DNA of 63,418 bases, filler included, from Choristocarpus tenellus KU-1152 (Eukaryota; Protista; Phaeophyceae): NCBI GenBank assembly GCA_964200185.2. It is 9 parts of 9 records of this genome, joined end to end, with 100 filler letters (N's around TTAATTAATTAA, not from the genome) between each part and the next. Parts side by side here need not be neighbours in the genome. Positions count along the whole stretch, not along the records: positions 60,706 to 63,418 come from CAXNAD020025384.1; 8 more parts are not named here. The stretch is one strand, 5' to 3'. Position numbers and translations under genes: made by a program. A model generated the notes under the pieces. It saw only the letters and a list, made by a program, of their open reading frames with translations, was not told the DNA's origin and did not search any database. Shown here in pieces: positions 61,861-63,418 of this stretch; the stretch's first letter is position 1, and the number at the start of each line of letters is the position of its first letter.

Positions 61861-63246
61861 CTGCGGGGCAAAAACGTCAATCAACATGATACTCTCACAC
61901 TCATTCTTCTCAACAATGGACATATATTTGTATGACAGTGTGTGACTAGTGTGATTTCGTTTATGAAATCCGATGCAGGGTACATATAGGAGTTTCGTGG
62001 TGGTGAGAGCAAAACTTCACATAGGGGATCAGGCAAAGTGTCATGTCATGCAGCCGTCTAACAGAACCTAGAGTAACTTCAGCCTTAAGCATCATCGATC
62101 TTGAGCTCAAGTGATACCTCTGTTGCGGTTAAGTCATAAGGGCAATTTACCATACCTAGACCTACGGAAACTGCCCTAACCGTCTTCAATATATATATAT
62201 ATATCGTGCTTTCTGCGCTCGTGCTTCTCCCTCTAACACATTTTCTTACCTGCAAAATTATGGCGTTTAAGTGTATCGTGATAATAGTATGTACTATATG
62301 TGAATGTGAATACAACAAGAAAATTATCAATTTAGAATTTAATGGTGTTAGCCAGTTGAGGATGAAACCATAACGATGCTTATGGACCCACAATCAACAT
62401 CCCACCATGCATTGATTACTTTTGTTTGTAGAAATGAACATCACTTTCACAGCTCTTAACCCAGTGGAGCTCTATGTAAAAAAAATGTGTTTGAGTGAAT
62501 GTATACAGTGTACTTCACTGTGGTGATGGATTAGTTGGGGTTGATCTTTGATGCCCTGGAGTAGTTGTAACAAGGCGGACAACATGAAGAAAATTAATAT
62601 ATTGGATATGTTGGATTCATGGTGGGTGCACTACCTGCACGTGTATGATTGTCTGATACAGGAATGAGCTTCGAAGGCACCATTATTGCTGCTGTGTGTT
62701 GTTGTATGCCAACACACTCCGTCCAGTCAACGTCCTGTTCAACTCATGCATGTATGTGTCATTTGTTTTGATTCGAAGTAGTGATTAGAAATCAGCACTA
62801 GGAGCAGTTCAAGAAGAACTATACCTGACTATAGTGGATGTGTGTTTTAGGTGCTGGTACAGCAGACTTGAGGACACAGACAGGATACGACAAGGAATGG
62901 AACACCAATATGAAGATAGTATTACTCTAAGACAATATCAGCAATAGGCAATGAACAATAAGAAAGGAGACTGGTACTCCAGTCTAAGATGCATCAACCC
63001 CCACATCGTGACTTACTTCACATACTACACACCCTTATCACATCAAAAACATTTGAAATTATAGCCTTGTCTAGCGTGTAGTGTGCTTTCTCTCCCACCT
63101 ACAACTCCTAGACCCCACCTCCTAGTGGTAGTGTCTCTTCAGTCACCCCCATCACTAAAACGAAAAACACGAAATCCCAAAATACATAAAGCGAGAAAAG
63201 AGAAACAAAAAATGAAGCCAGTGTGAGGATCCACCCTAGTCATCTT

Positions 63247-63390
63247 GACCCAAAGTATCTAGGAGGGGTGGCGGCTGTCCATTTTGAGTCAACTTTTTCA
63301 TGTCGCGATTTTTGGTTGCATATGTCGGATGGATAATGTAAATGAACATTTCCTGATTTTGTTCCAAATGGACACCCTGGTGTAGACCCT
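63247..63390. mobile_element. MITE family A copy, right TIR missing
   Basis: GACCCAAAGTATCTAGGAGGGG...GGTGTAGACCC. Confidence 0.82.
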
Positions 63391-63418
63391 GTTCAATTAG
63401 ACTCTTCCAACACTATCG

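Noticed and set aside
57433-62393. Upstream dynein tail exons
   Set aside because: The exons encode a non-dynein protein and lie beyond a spacer.

Overview
Eukaryotic, intron-rich DNA, most likely a stramenopile alga and probably a brown alga (inference from gene structure, TTAGGG repeats and TE content). The window is nine contigs joined by eight 100-bp spacers (N44-TTAATTAATTAA-N44), so adjacency across spacers is unreliable. Hand-spliced genes: (1) a complete 4-exon RRP17/NOL12 gene, head-to-head with an unknown gene; (2) a partial ELM2-like protein; (3) a partial CLEC16A/TT9 homologue; (4) 37 in-frame exons (1836 codons) of an outer-arm gamma-type (DNAH5/8/ODA2) axonemal dynein heavy chain, cut by spacers at both ends; (5) a partial conserved-looking protein with a DUF4476-like motif. 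Mobile DNA includes degraded RLE non-LTR, Copia and DIRS/Ngaro-like fragments and foldback elements. The most notable feature is about 20 copies or ends of three related MITE families. They share a G-x-x-x-CA(A/T)AGTATC terminal core and 4-bp variable TSDs (Sola-like), two of them carry poly-G/poly-C subterminal tracts, and they insert beside and inside each other. Splicing is also unusual: GC donors, many AAG acceptors, a strong phase-0 bias and an AG|GTAAGT exon start. All calls are by eye; no database search was run.
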